Positions 40,271 to 50,642 are shown, numbered from the stretch's first letter. The stretch: 64,000 nt of DNA from an uncultured Gammaproteobacteria bacterium (GCA_964471475.1 CAYYFQ010000001.1:2019-66018); one strand, 5' to 3'. The notes: generated by a model from the letters alone, not told the origin. Made by a program: numbers and translations.

Positions 40271-40919
40271 CTGCAAGCGTTGGAGAAGGCTCGCCGCCAG
40301 TCTCAACCTTGGCAGGAAGAGGACTCGAATTGGATCCGGATGCAGCAGATACACCTCCTGCGTGAGGCGCCTCCGAATTAAACATGGTGTCAACTGTTTT
40401 CAGCGTAGATACTTGCACAGTACGCTCTTCTAATGCTGGGCTCTTCAAATCTAGTTTAAAACCAATATGCGAATCGGTAAAGCCAATTTTTTTATAAAAA
40501 TGTTGTGCTTCTGGTCTTAATTTATTAGTGGTAAGTTGCACAAATCGACACTCTCTTTCTTTTGCTCTCTGAATTGCCCACTGAACAAGTTCTACACCTA
40601 ATCCTTGCCCTCTGCATTCGTTTTTAATACGAACCCCCTCTAATTGTGCTCGCGTAGCTCCTTGAAAAGTTAGCGTCGTCATATAAGTGATTTGTAAAGT
40701 TCCGATAACTTCATGTTTATCATTTTCCATGACTATTAATTCGTTATTTCTATCATCTACTATTTTGTCAAATGCCTTGTAATAACACTCATCAACCTTA
40801 AGAGTATCCGAATAAGTTTCTCTTGTGCTTCCCAGCACATCATCAGAAAGCAATTGAACAATAACGGGTATATCATGACGTGTCGCTAACCTAACATTAT
40901 ATCCTTCTAACATAAACAC
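40263..40919 (-). CDS. GNAT family N-acetyltransferase with a ~60-aa low-complexity C-terminal tail
   Basis: Acetyl-CoA-binding motif RGQGLGVELVQWAIQRA plus VQLTTNK...FYKKIGF. The tail after about residue 158 is Ser/Ala/Gly/Pro-rich. Confidence 0.8.
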   Translation of the reverse strand: MFMLEGYNVRLATRHDIPVIVQLLSDDVLGSTRETYSDTLKVDECYYKAFDKIVDDRNNELIVMENDKHEVIGTLQITYMTTLTFQGATRAQLEGVRIKNECRGQGLGVELVQWAIQRAKERECRFVQLTTNKLRPEAQHFYKKIGFTDSHIGFKLDLKSPALEERTVQVSTLKTVDTMFNSEAPHAGGVSAASGSNSSPLPAKVETGGEPSPTLAEL

Positions 40920-40942
40920 CTCACTGAATAATAAAAATTTAA

Positions 40943-41932
40943 TTAGGCAACCTTAGCTTTTATGTACCCTTCTGCAAATTTTTTCTTGTCCGCATCGGTT
41001 TGTTTATAAAGCAGCCCCCTTTGTAACCACCGGCTCATATTTTTCATTGATCCGCGGCGGCCATGCATTACCCCCCCAACATCTTTTACTCCCCAGCCAT
41101 TATTAAAAATAAGCATATCTCCTTTTTGTAACTTGATCGAAGTATAATCATCAGGATGTAATTGCAAGTGCTCAAATTTAGCAAATAACATATCTAAAAC
41201 TTTTTGTGCACGTTCAGTAACTGCCTCTAATCGAGCTTTATTTTCTACAAGTCGGGTTCTAAAACAATTTTCCGATTCTTTAGTAATTAAAGAAAATGCC
41301 GTTTTATTTATACAACCAGAAGCTGGCCCTGTATGAATTATAAACTCGGGGCATCTCATGATATCGATAGCTTCTTGTGGCAAGGAGTACACTAGCTTAT
41401 TCAAGTCAAGAAAAGTGGTAAATGCATTATCATCACCTTCTAAACACAATAAAGTTTGGAAGTCAGGTGGAGTTAAGTGATATGCAAGCTCTGTATGAAA
41501 TGTAAGGGGTTCTGCACCAAAGCTCGACTGCTCTTTTTCTCGCCCCACAACAGGCGTCACATCATGAATTAATCTCCCTCCTCGTTCATTCGGGTTCGTA
41601 TAAAGCTTAGTACCAAGTAGTTGAGCCATCCCCAATATCACATTTTCGCTAACCGAAGTTTTAACTTTAATTCGATCGTCGATATTATTTCCGGGAGGAA
41701 CTATAGAATCTATAGGCATCCCAGAAAGATGAATAATAGAGGGTACAGCGTTTTCTCTCATTGATCTTAACGTGGTATGCACTTCTGTCGGTAAAAACTC
41801 GCTTAACTTCTCCGCCATTAGTTGCATAAGGTATTCTGGCTGCGTATATGGATCAAATGAGAATTCATTTACGAATTGATTAAACTCTTTTGCAAAATTT
41901 GGGATTGTGTAACTTATAACTTCTGGATGCAT
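40943..41932 (-). CDS. clavaminate-synthase-like Fe(II)/2-oxoglutarate-dependent oxygenase (amino-acid hydroxylase-like)
   Basis: 329-aa ORF with an HxE motif (LTFHTELAYH), a distal His (GVMHGRRG) and a downstream Arg (SRWLQR), the arrangement seen in the VioC/AsnO/TauD-type fold. The assignment rests on motif pattern only. Confidence 0.6.
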   Translation of the reverse strand: MHPEVISYTIPNFAKEFNQFVNEFSFDPYTQPEYLMQLMAEKLSEFLPTEVHTTLRSMRENAVPSIIHLSGMPIDSIVPPGNNIDDRIKVKTSVSENVILGMAQLLGTKLYTNPNERGGRLIHDVTPVVGREKEQSSFGAEPLTFHTELAYHLTPPDFQTLLCLEGDDNAFTTFLDLNKLVYSLPQEAIDIMRCPEFIIHTGPASGCINKTAFSLITKESENCFRTRLVENKARLEAVTERAQKVLDMLFAKFEHLQLHPDDYTSIKLQKGDMLIFNNGWGVKDVGGVMHGRRGSMKNMSRWLQRGLLYKQTDADKKKFAEGYIKAKVA

Positions 41933-42015
41933 AAAATACTCCTCAGTTTAAATATAGCAAGTTCATCTCTTCGTTTTTTCTATTATTTTTTAAACAAGAA
42001 ATTTTAGAATTTTAA

Positions 42016-42048
42016 GGCGCCTCATAAGTTAAAAAATTTGTGAGGCGC
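42016..42048 (-). terminator. candidate terminator hairpin after acnA
   Basis: ggcgcctca...(16 nt)...tgaggcgc forms an 8-9 bp GC-rich stem starting 23 nt after the acnA stop. The U-tract is poor. Confidence 0.4.
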
Positions 42049-42070
42049 ATATTTAATTATTAGCGAATTA

Positions 42071-44779
42071 TCAACACGCCGTAGTATTCGCGCCAATAAT
42101 TTGTCGCAACACATACGGTAAAATACCACCTTGATTAAAATAATCGATTTCAATTTCGGTGTCTAACCGCAAAATTAATGGGATTTTGCGGAGGATTTGA
42201 CCTTCGTCGCTTTTTATTACCAAAGTCACTTCCTTATTAACATCAAGTTTTTCCAAGCCCAAAATATCAAATATTTCACTTCCTGTTAGTTTTAATGACT
42301 CGACACTTTCACCTTCTTTAAATTGACATGGCAAAACTCCCATACCAATTAAATTGCTTCGGTGTATTCTTTCAAAACTCTTAGCAACAACTGCTTTCAC
42401 TCCTAAAAGCTGAGTACCTTTTGCAGCCCAGTCTCTAGAACTTCCGGTACCATATTCTTCACCAGCAAAAATAATAGTGGGAATATTATTTTTTTGATAA
42501 AGCATTGCTGCATCGTAAATGCTCATCACTTCATTGTTATATTTGCAAAGCGTGTATCCACCTTCAATATCAGGAACCATTCTATTTTTTATCCGAACGT
42601 TTGAGAAAGTTCCGCGCATCATAACTTCATGATGACCTCGACGAGCACCAAAACTATTAAAATCTACAGGGGATATTCCATGATGCTGTAAATATTCACC
42701 AGCAGGTGATTTTGGGCTAATACTACCCGCAGGGCTGATATGGTCTGTTGTAATAGAATCCCCTAAAATTGCTAATGCTCGTGCATTTAAAATATTATCC
42801 ACTTTTTCTGGGTGCATTGAAAAGCCATCAAAAAATGGTGGTTCTGCTACATAAGTGGAATCACCATCCCATTGATATATTGCCAAGTCAGTAGAGGGGA
42901 TTTTTTCCCAAAGAATATTATTTTTATTCAAGTTACCATATAATTCTTTGTAAGTTTTGCTATCTTTTGCATAAAGAAGCGCATCTTCAATTTCTTTGGA
43001 AGTTGGCCATATATCTTTCAAAAATACAGGATTACCTTCCGTATCAGTACCTAACGGATCTTTGTCCATGTTAATTCTCACCGTACCTGCTAGCGCAAAT
43101 GCAACCACAAGTGGTGGACTCATTAAGAAATTAGCACGAATATTAGAGTGAATACGAGCTTCAAAATTCCGATTCCCAGAAAGAACTGCGGATACAATCA
43201 TTTTATTTTTTGTAACCGTATGCTCAATAGCTTCATCTAAATCCCCAACATTACCAATGCATGTTGCGCATCCATAACCTGCGACATCGAAACCAATTTT
43301 TTCTAAAGAATCAAGAAGACCTGCTTTTTTAAGATATTCAGTAACCACTCTGGAACCGGGGGTTAAGGAAGTTTTTATATAAGGCTTCACTGTTAGACCT
43401 TTTTCACAGGCCTTTTTTGCGAGAATACCGGCTGCAACAAGCACACTAGGATTAGAAGTATTCGTGCAAGAAGTTATACCTGCAATTAAGACATCACCAT
43501 GTGCTACTTCAGTTTCTTGACCAACTACTGGTGCTTTGGCATTAATTTTTTCTTCATCTAAGCTGTAGCCATTGTTTGCAACAGACTCTCTTAAAAGCTT
43601 TTCAAAAGTTTCTTTTAATTCAGGCAAATTGATTCTATCTTGAGGGCGTTTTGGGCCTGAAACACTAGGCAATACTTTATCAAGATCGAGTTCAATTACT
43701 TGTGTATAATCGCATTCACCATCTTGCGGTATTCCAAAAAGCTTTTGCGCTTCAAAATAGTTTTTAATTTTCTCCACTTCGTCTTTTGTTCTACCTGTTT
43801 GCTCATAATAAGCGATTGTCATTTCATCTACTGGAAAAAACCCCATTGTTGCACCGTAATCAGGGGCCATGTTGGCAATTGTGGCTCTATCTTGTGCTGT
43901 CAAATGTTTTGCACCTTCACCAAAATACTCCACGATTTTCCCAACAACCTTAGCCTTTCTTAATATTTCAGTTAAAGTTAAAACCAAATCGGTTGCCGTA
44001 ACACCCTCTCTTAACTTGCCACGCAAATGAAAACCAACTACATCAGGAGTTAAGAAATAAATAGGTTGGCCAAGCATACCCGCTTCTGCTTCAATACCAC
44101 CAACACCCCATCCTACAACACCTATACCATTAACCATAGTGGTATGAGAGTCAGTACCTACCACCGTATCTGGATAATAAACGTTATTTTTGTCTGCAAA
44201 AACTCCTTTGGAAAGATATTCAAGATTTACTTGGTGAACAATTCCCACTCCGGGAGGAACAACTTCTAATTTATTAAATGCCGAAGCACCCCATTTCATA
44301 AACTTATAACGTTCTTGATTTCTACTGAATTCTAACTCCATATTTAACGCCAATGCGTTGTGTTTTCTTGTATAGTTAGTTTGCACTGAGTGGTCAATGA
44401 CTAAACTCACAGGCACTAAGGGTTCAATAACTTCGGGATTAATACCCATACCTTTGACTGTTCCTCGCATCGCAGCAAGATCAGCTAACAATGGCACTCC
44501 TGTATAGTCCTGCAAAACGATTCTTGCAACAACAAAAGGAATTTCGTTCACTCTTTTACCTTTTGCTTCCCAGTTGGCGAGGTGATGAATGTGTTCTTTT
44601 GTGATTTTTTTTCCATCATAGTTGCGAAGCGCTGATTCAAGAATTATTCTTAAACTCACCGGCAATCTAGAAATATTCCCTAAACCATTTTTTTCAAGCA
44701 GTGGCAATGAAAAGAACTTACCCATTTCTCCAGAACTAGTGGCTTTAAATTCACTCATACAATTAAACGCATCATTCAT
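42071..44779 (-). CDS. acnA: aconitate hydratase A
   Basis: 902-aa ORF with Fe-S cluster ligand regions ([25 protein letters not shown]) and a C-terminal swivel domain. AGGA lies 10 nt upstream of the ATG, and the start is only 16 nt after the stop of the upstream adenylase gene. Confidence 0.95.
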   Translation of the reverse strand: MNDAFNCMSEFKATSSGEMGKFFSLPLLEKNGLGNISRLPVSLRIILESALRNYDGKKITKEHIHHLANWEAKGKRVNEIPFVVARIVLQDYTGVPLLADLAAMRGTVKGMGINPEVIEPLVPVSLVIDHSVQTNYTRKHNALALNMELEFSRNQERYKFMKWGASAFNKLEVVPPGVGIVHQVNLEYLSKGVFADKNNVYYPDTVVGTDSHTTMVNGIGVVGWGVGGIEAEAGMLGQPIYFLTPDVVGFHLRGKLREGVTATDLVLTLTEILRKAKVVGKIVEYFGEGAKHLTAQDRATIANMAPDYGATMGFFPVDEMTIAYYEQTGRTKDEVEKIKNYFEAQKLFGIPQDGECDYTQVIELDLDKVLPSVSGPKRPQDRINLPELKETFEKLLRESVANNGYSLDEEKINAKAPVVGQETEVAHGDVLIAGITSCTNTSNPSVLVAAGILAKKACEKGLTVKPYIKTSLTPGSRVVTEYLKKAGLLDSLEKIGFDVAGYGCATCIGNVGDLDEAIEHTVTKNKMIVSAVLSGNRNFEARIHSNIRANFLMSPPLVVAFALAGTVRINMDKDPLGTDTEGNPVFLKDIWPTSKEIEDALLYAKDSKTYKELYGNLNKNNILWEKIPSTDLAIYQWDGDSTYVAEPPFFDGFSMHPEKVDNILNARALAILGDSITTDHISPAGSISPKSPAGEYLQHHGISPVDFNSFGARRGHHEVMMRGTFSNVRIKNRMVPDIEGGYTLCKYNNEVMSIYDAAMLYQKNNIPTIIFAGEEYGTGSSRDWAAKGTQLLGVKAVVAKSFERIHRSNLIGMGVLPCQFKEGESVESLKLTGSEIFDILGLEKLDVNKEVTLVIKSDEGQILRKIPLILRLDTEIEIDYFNQGGILPYVLRQIIGANTTAC

Positions 44780-44795
44780 AAAAAATATTCCTATG

Positions 44796-46337
44796 TTAAG
44801 TTAAATAATTTATTAATGCCTTTCTATCTATCTTGCCATTGGCATTTAATGGCATTTTTTCTAAAAAAAGAATTTGGTTTGGAACCATGTAGCTAGGAAC
44901 CAAATTTCGTAGAGATTCTAAAATTTGGGTAGAACTTGTTTCTTCCCCGGTTAAAAAAGCTACTAAACCCGCGCATGTGCCATCAATTATTGGCCACCCC
45001 AACACTACCGCATCAATTATGCCAGGGGTTTTCCTAATTATCCATTCAATTTCTGCAAGCTCTACTCTGTAGCCATTTACTTTAATTTGCTGATCCGCTC
45101 TTCCCAAGTAAATAAGCTGATTATTTTTTGATAGTTTCACCAGATCGCCAGTTCTATAGTAAATTTCACCATCTTTTTCAATATGAGCAAATAGCGTTTT
45201 TTCTTTATCATCAAGATAACCTTGAAAATTTTGTGGGCCCGCAACACACAGCTCTCCAGAAAAGCCATCTTGCGTTACTTCTTTCAAGTTTTCATCTAAA
45301 ATTTTAAATTTCAAACCAGCATAAATTTCACCTATTGAAACCACTCCATTTTCGTTATTAATATGATTTAATGAATCATAGGTATAACTTGAGCAAGCTA
45401 TTGTTAATTCAGTAGGCCCATAAAGATTTTGTATAGTAGAATTAGGAGCTGCAGCTTGCCAAGTTTCTACTGCCTCAACACTCAAGGGTTCCCCGCAAAA
45501 CAAGCTCAGCCTTAAAGTAGGCATTGAATTTTCGCGTAATATATTTTTTTTACGTGCAAAATTTATTATGGATGGTACAGAAAACCAAATGGTAATTTGA
45601 TTTTCTGACACAAAAACAGATGGCGAAAGAAGCTCAATTGGTTGTGGCACACACAGAGTGGCTCCATGGCAAAACGCCATAAAAATATCAAACATTGATA
45701 AATCAAAAGTCTGATCAAAAGTTTGTGATAATTTATCGCTAGCACTAACCTTGTATTTTTCTTGGTTATAGTGAATAAAATGATTTAAGTTTCCATGAGA
45801 AATCTGGACACCTTTAGGAATGCCTGTGCTACCAGATGTAAATAAAATATATGCAGTGTCATCATTGTTTATTTTTGGAGACCCTACGTGTATATGAAAA
45901 GTATCTAGATCATTAATACAATAAATGTTTTTATATTCATTTAGTAAATCCGAATCTGAATCAACTATAATCAGCGGGTTATAAGATAATTCCTTTAAAA
46001 CGCCTCTTAATGCATGAATACTTTGTGAGTCCACTACAATCACATCTAGTTTAGCATGTTCAATTATTGACACCGTTCTTGCGACGGGAAAATTCTTGTT
46101 TAGTGGTACAAAAGTGCTTCCTAAAAGCATCGAGGCCAACGTTCCAGCATAGCTAGTTTTGCTCCTAAAGCTAAATAGACCAATGCGTTTAGGAAAGTGA
46201 CAAAGGCTTTTTATCCCTTTTGCAAATTTGAGGACTTCACTGTTTAATTCTTTATATGTCCAGGAGTTCTCACCAATCGTTAAAGCAAGAGCCTCTGAAT
46301 TATCTTCAACAACACTTAAGAATTTTTCTATTAACAT
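44796..46337 (-). CDS. stand-alone adenylation enzyme (ANL superfamily, DltA-like amino-acid/acid--carrier ligase)
   Basis: 513-aa ORF with core motifs [47 protein letters not shown] and [13 protein letters not shown]. It has no fused carrier or condensation domain. Confidence 0.85.
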   Translation of the reverse strand: MLIEKFLSVVEDNSEALALTIGENSWTYKELNSEVLKFAKGIKSLCHFPKRIGLFSFRSKTSYAGTLASMLLGSTFVPLNKNFPVARTVSIIEHAKLDVIVVDSQSIHALRGVLKELSYNPLIIVDSDSDLLNEYKNIYCINDLDTFHIHVGSPKINNDDTAYILFTSGSTGIPKGVQISHGNLNHFIHYNQEKYKVSASDKLSQTFDQTFDLSMFDIFMAFCHGATLCVPQPIELLSPSVFVSENQITIWFSVPSIINFARKKNILRENSMPTLRLSLFCGEPLSVEAVETWQAAAPNSTIQNLYGPTELTIACSSYTYDSLNHINNENGVVSIGEIYAGLKFKILDENLKEVTQDGFSGELCVAGPQNFQGYLDDKEKTLFAHIEKDGEIYYRTGDLVKLSKNNQLIYLGRADQQIKVNGYRVELAEIEWIIRKTPGIIDAVVLGWPIIDGTCAGLVAFLTGEETSSTQILESLRNLVPSYMVPNQILFLEKMPLNANGKIDRKALINYLT

Positions 46338-46339
46338 AT

Positions 46340-47767
46340 TTAATTGCTCCCGCTCACTTTCGCAATATTATGTCCACTAGCGGCTTGCCCATCGCTTTTC
46401 TGTAAGTATCTAAATACAATAAATGATACGAATGTAATTCCTCCAATAGCAAAGAACGAATTATGGAGTGGCATTACATCCCCCATCGTGAGATGATTAT
46501 TAAAACCAACAAATATTTTAATTACTAAAGCACTTACAGCAACACCAAAGCACATTGATAATTGCTGTATGGCACTTGCTATACTAGTTCCTTTGCTTAC
46601 ATTGCTATCTGTTAAATCGACATAACTTAAAATATTCATACAACTAAACTGCAAAGATGTGACCAGGCCATTTACAAATACTAATAAAAGTATAATGCTG
46701 TAAGGGGTGATTTTAGTGACAAAAGCAAAAGACGCCATTGAGACCCCCACCAACATTGGATTGATAATTAAAATTTTTCTAAAGCCATATAGCTTTAAAA
46801 GTTTTTTAACAAAAAATTTCATCAGTAACATAGCAATTGCTAAAGGAAAAATTAACAACCCAGAGTAAAGAGGAGATAAACCAAAACCTATTTGAAAAAG
46901 CAAAGGAAGTAAGAAAGGAATTCCTCCTATCCCTAATCTGCTCCACAAGCTACCTAAGACAGTAATTCTAAAAGTTCTAATCTTAAATACCTTAAGGTCA
47001 AAAACAGGATTTTTTGCGGTTTGATAATACCAAAAATATAGCACCAAGCAAAGTAAAGAAGAAGAAAGAATCATAAAAATAACATTGACTGACAATAGCC
47101 TTTCGCCTATAGAATCAAACCCAAATGATAATCCAGCTAATCCCACGCCAAATAAAATAAACCCTGGAACATCAAATGGTATAACATGCTCTGCTTTATA
47201 ATCTTTTACATATTTTAAAGTGAGCAACGCTCCTAATAATCCAAATGGAATGTTAACAAAAAATACCCAACGCCAAGAAGAAAATGTGGTAATAGCACCA
47301 CCTACTACAGGGCCAAGAGCAGGGCCTATTAAAGAAGGTATAGTTGCATAATTTGTGACCCTAACCAAGTCCGATTTTGGAAAAGCTTTTAATAGAATTA
47401 ACCTACCAACAGGCATCATTAGCGCCCCGCCAAGTCCTTGCAAAATTCTGGATATAATTAGTTCTGTTAGGTTGTTTGACATCCCACAAAAGATAGAACT
47501 GAGCGTAAAAAGTAAAAGAGCCAAGGAGAACACTCTCTTTGTACCAAACTTATCGGCCATCCAACCACTAATAGGAATGAATACCGCTAGACTAAGTAAA
47601 TAGCTTGTTAAAGCAACTTTCAAACTAATAGCACTCACTTGTAAGCTTATGGCTATTTTAGGGATAGCTGTACTTACGATCGTGACATCTAATGTTTCCA
47701 TAAATAAAGCAATAGCAATTACCCAGGGAATAATAATTTTAGAAAGATCTTTCAATGTTTTTTTCAT
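46340..47767 (-). CDS. MFS transporter, DHA2 (EmrB/QacA-like, ~14 TM) family
   Basis: 475-aa ORF with about 14 hydrophobic segments and the motifs LDVTIVSTAIP and GWMADKFGTKRV. Confidence 0.85.
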   Translation of the reverse strand: MKKTLKDLSKIIIPWVIAIALFMETLDVTIVSTAIPKIAISLQVSAISLKVALTSYLLSLAVFIPISGWMADKFGTKRVFSLALLLFTLSSIFCGMSNNLTELIISRILQGLGGALMMPVGRLILLKAFPKSDLVRVTNYATIPSLIGPALGPVVGGAITTFSSWRWVFFVNIPFGLLGALLTLKYVKDYKAEHVIPFDVPGFILFGVGLAGLSFGFDSIGERLLSVNVIFMILSSSLLCLVLYFWYYQTAKNPVFDLKVFKIRTFRITVLGSLWSRLGIGGIPFLLPLLFQIGFGLSPLYSGLLIFPLAIAMLLMKFFVKKLLKLYGFRKILIINPMLVGVSMASFAFVTKITPYSIILLLVFVNGLVTSLQFSCMNILSYVDLTDSNVSKGTSIASAIQQLSMCFGVAVSALVIKIFVGFNNHLTMGDVMPLHNSFFAIGGITFVSFIVFRYLQKSDGQAASGHNIAKVSGSN

Positions 47768-47775
47768 CGTAACTA

Positions 47776-48912
47776 TTAAATATATTTACTAAGCTCTTTT
47801 CTAAGTAGTTCCGCAATAATCAATGGCTCGTTTTCTTGTAAACTTATAGGATTAACGACTAAATGATTCAGCTCTTTAAAATATTGCATAAAAACTCTGG
47901 GAGAACCTTTTAACATAATTTTGGGAATATCTGCTGCACTTGGTCCATGCCATTCTTTTGTAAATATTATAACCGCCGTAGGAACATGATGATTGACTTC
48001 ATCATGAACAATTTCAACTTTTACGCCTGGAATATTGCTTAATAGTTCCACGGTTGGCTGAAGTCTTGAGCGAAACTCTTCCAGCATTTTTTCTTCATCA
48101 CTATCAATGTATATTTTTAAAGCGGTATACAAACCTACCATATCTTCTTTTGAAACTTTATGTGGTCGTCCAATTGCGTGGTTTGGACTAGCGTTTGCCA
48201 AAGCAGCTTCCACAAGGTCTTTTCTTCCATAAAGTAGCCCGGTTGCCTGTGGTGCATGTATTAATTTCCCCCCACTCACCACAACTAAATCTGCTCCTTC
48301 TTCAATAAATCGGCGCAAGTTTGTTTTAGGTGGTAACATTGCGGCTGCATCAACAATAACCGGAAGTTTATGCTTATGGGCAATATTAACAACTTGAGGC
48401 AAGGTTAAACCAGCCGTGGAAACACGTGGGCCAAGTAAATAAGTAACCGCAACAGTTTTTTCTGTAATTGCTCCCTCCAGTTCTTCTGGTAAACACTCAT
48501 TAAAATCGCCAATATCTACAAATTTTGCACCCGTAAAAGTATACATATGGCTATAAGACCCACGATGTATCCTTTGAATAATAAGTTCATTTTTCATTCC
48601 GGTAGAATCTGGTAATCTCCTTACTTTTGCAACGTCAGCTCCTGTCATACAAGCCGCAATGGATAAAACAACACCACTTGCGGCCCCGCTAGTGACCATA
48701 CCAGCTTCGGCCCCAGTGACCTTTGCAATGTATTCTCCAATTTTTCTATTTAATTCTGCCATGCTTACAAAAGACTTAGAAGCTTCAGCAATTGCTTCAA
48801 GCACACGAGGATCCATTCGGGAACCACCATACGCACTTTTCGTGCCTCCTGCATTAATAACCGGCACCACACCGATTTCTTCATAAATTTTATTTGCTAA
48901 GCAACTAGACAC
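47776..48912 (-). CDS. SelA/DgaE-family PLP-dependent enzyme
   Basis: 378-aa ORF with INAGGT...GGS at the N-terminus and VSGGKLIHAPQATGLLYG, which resembles the SelA PLP-lysine motif (SGDKLLGGPQAG). The size fits the short DgaE-like subfamily. Confidence 0.7.
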   Translation of the reverse strand: MSSCLANKIYEEIGVVPVINAGGTKSAYGGSRMDPRVLEAIAEASKSFVSMAELNRKIGEYIAKVTGAEAGMVTSGAASGVVLSIAACMTGADVAKVRRLPDSTGMKNELIIQRIHRGSYSHMYTFTGAKFVDIGDFNECLPEELEGAITEKTVAVTYLLGPRVSTAGLTLPQVVNIAHKHKLPVIVDAAAMLPPKTNLRRFIEEGADLVVVSGGKLIHAPQATGLLYGRKDLVEAALANASPNHAIGRPHKVSKEDMVGLYTALKIYIDSDEEKMLEEFRSRLQPTVELLSNIPGVKVEIVHDEVNHHVPTAVIIFTKEWHGPSAADIPKIMLKGSPRVFMQYFKELNHLVVNPISLQENEPLIIAELLRKELSKYI

Positions 48913-48939
48913 TATATGACTCCTTTACAGAAAGATAAA

Positions 48940-50328
48940 TTATCGTTCATCAAGCAATACGTATTTTGCTTCTTTTTTACCTACATAATTTAATCGAGGG
49001 CGAATTAAAATATTGTTAGACTCTTGCTCTAGTATTTGCGCAGTCCATCCTGCCATCCTACTCATAATAAAGACAGCAATAAACATATCTTGGGGAATAC
49101 CCAAGAAGTGATAAATTACTGCGGCATAAAAATCCACATTTACATTTAAGCCATATTTTGCATGAAGCGCCATTTCAATATTGATAGCTTCAAGAATATT
49201 AAAGTATCTGGTATCACCAGATTTTACGCTAATTTGGTAAGCTAACTCTCTCATGCCTTTTGCTCTGGGGTCTTCAGTTCTATAGACACGATGCCCATAA
49301 CCGTAAATAGGGCTACCATTTTTTATTTTTGTTTGAATGTAATCGGTCGTATTTTCAGGCAAATCAATTTCGTTTAACATTTCAATTACTTTTGAAAGCG
49401 CGCCGCCATGCAAATCACCGCTGAAAGTACAAATAGCTGCAATTATAGCAGAATAAAAGTTAGCTTCTGCTCCAGTTGCCACTCTAGCAACAAAAGAAGA
49501 AGCATTAGAGCCATGATCAGCGTGCATCATCATAACTTTTTCAAGTATTTTAATATCTTCTTCCGCAGGTAACTTTTGATGAATTAAAGATAAAAAGTTT
49601 TCTGCCAAAGAAGCATTCTGGTTTATCGAGGGAATTATCTGTTTTTCTCTGGAAAGTTTTTGATACGCAATAACCAGAGGTAGTTTTGCAATTAAGCTCA
49701 ATCCAGTCTCTAAAGAGCTCTTCTCGGGGGCCTCAAGCAATGAGAACATACTCAGAAAACTCTTTAACAAATCTACATATTCTAATTGATTAAACTGAGC
49801 AATGAAGTCAATGGTTTTGTTACTTAATACTTTTTTTTTGGACAAACAAGTTTTAAAATTTATTAATTCATTTTTATTTGGCAGCTCCCCAAAGATCAGC
49901 AAATGGCAAACTTCTTCGTAGGTAGAAAACCGTACTATCTCCTCAATTGCATAACCTCGGTAAAACAGTTTTCCTTGGTCACCATCTATACTTGTTATAG
50001 TGGTATTATCAAAAAAAACACCATTTAAGCCTCGATGAATACTTTTTGTCACTTTTTGCTCATTAGCTGTAGAAGTATTCGAAGAATTTATAAATTTTTC
50101 GATCGCATTAATTGAAGTAAGTTTTAAGATCTCTTTTTCATTGATATGAATTCCGTAAATTTGTTCCAGTTTCATCATCAAGTTCACATGCCTAAATGAA
50201 TCCCACTCTGATATAGACTGGTAAGATGTCTCTCCACTTAATAGTTTTTTATCAACCCCAAGATGTTCAGAAATAAAATCATAAACATTGATTGCATCCG
50301 CTTTTTTCATTGGTTTCACCGCCCTCAT
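48940..50328 (-). CDS. carrier-protein domain fused to a citrate-synthase-family enzyme
   Basis: The N-terminal ~80 aa read VYDFISEHLGV...SISEWDSFRHVNLMMKLEQIYGI...AIEKFI (4'-phosphopantetheine carrier pattern). The remaining ~370 aa are citrate-synthase-like with MHADHGSNAS, GYGHRVYRTEDPRA and NVDFY. The start is ambiguous (Met at 50328 with AGAGGA 9 nt upstream, or Met at 50310), and the track ORF extends to 50445. Confidence 0.8.
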   Translation of the reverse strand: MRAVKPMKKADAINVYDFISEHLGVDKKLLSGETSYQSISEWDSFRHVNLMMKLEQIYGIHINEKEILKLTSINAIEKFINSSNTSTANEQKVTKSIHRGLNGVFFDNTTITSIDGDQGKLFYRGYAIEEIVRFSTYEEVCHLLIFGELPNKNELINFKTCLSKKKVLSNKTIDFIAQFNQLEYVDLLKSFLSMFSLLEAPEKSSLETGLSLIAKLPLVIAYQKLSREKQIIPSINQNASLAENFLSLIHQKLPAEEDIKILEKVMMMHADHGSNASSFVARVATGAEANFYSAIIAAICTFSGDLHGGALSKVIEMLNEIDLPENTTDYIQTKIKNGSPIYGYGHRVYRTEDPRAKGMRELAYQISVKSGDTRYFNILEAINIEMALHAKYGLNVNVDFYAAVIYHFLGIPQDMFIAVFIMSRMAGWTAQILEQESNNILIRPRLNYVGKKEAKYVLLDER

Positions 50329-50642
50329 TTTACGCATTCCTCTAACATTCACTCTCAACTCTCTAATTTTGCTTTTTTCTGCACAGTAAGACTTTTGTAA
50401 AACCGCCGACCACCTCTCTCTGGAAGCCCTAAAGCATACACACAAAAAGAGATAACGTACTTACATACAGTTATGTTTTGGTGTGGAAAAAACGCTTATC
50501 CAAGCGGGTGGAGCCTTAACCCTCAGTAGTTTGCGTCATCGAGTTGACACTTCGATTTAAACCTTGATTAGCTCATATGCAACGCTACTTTTTCGCAATG
50601 AATGTTACGAATGCAAAAAGCAATAATTTTTTTACTTTTAAA

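Noticed and set aside
50488-50507. cgctt-ggat-aagcg plus T6 (minus strand) as an attenuator in the long leader of the carrier::CS operon
   Set aside because: The stem is only 5 bp and I recognise no antiterminator or riboswitch architecture. It is noted only as a place to look if the leader is mapped.
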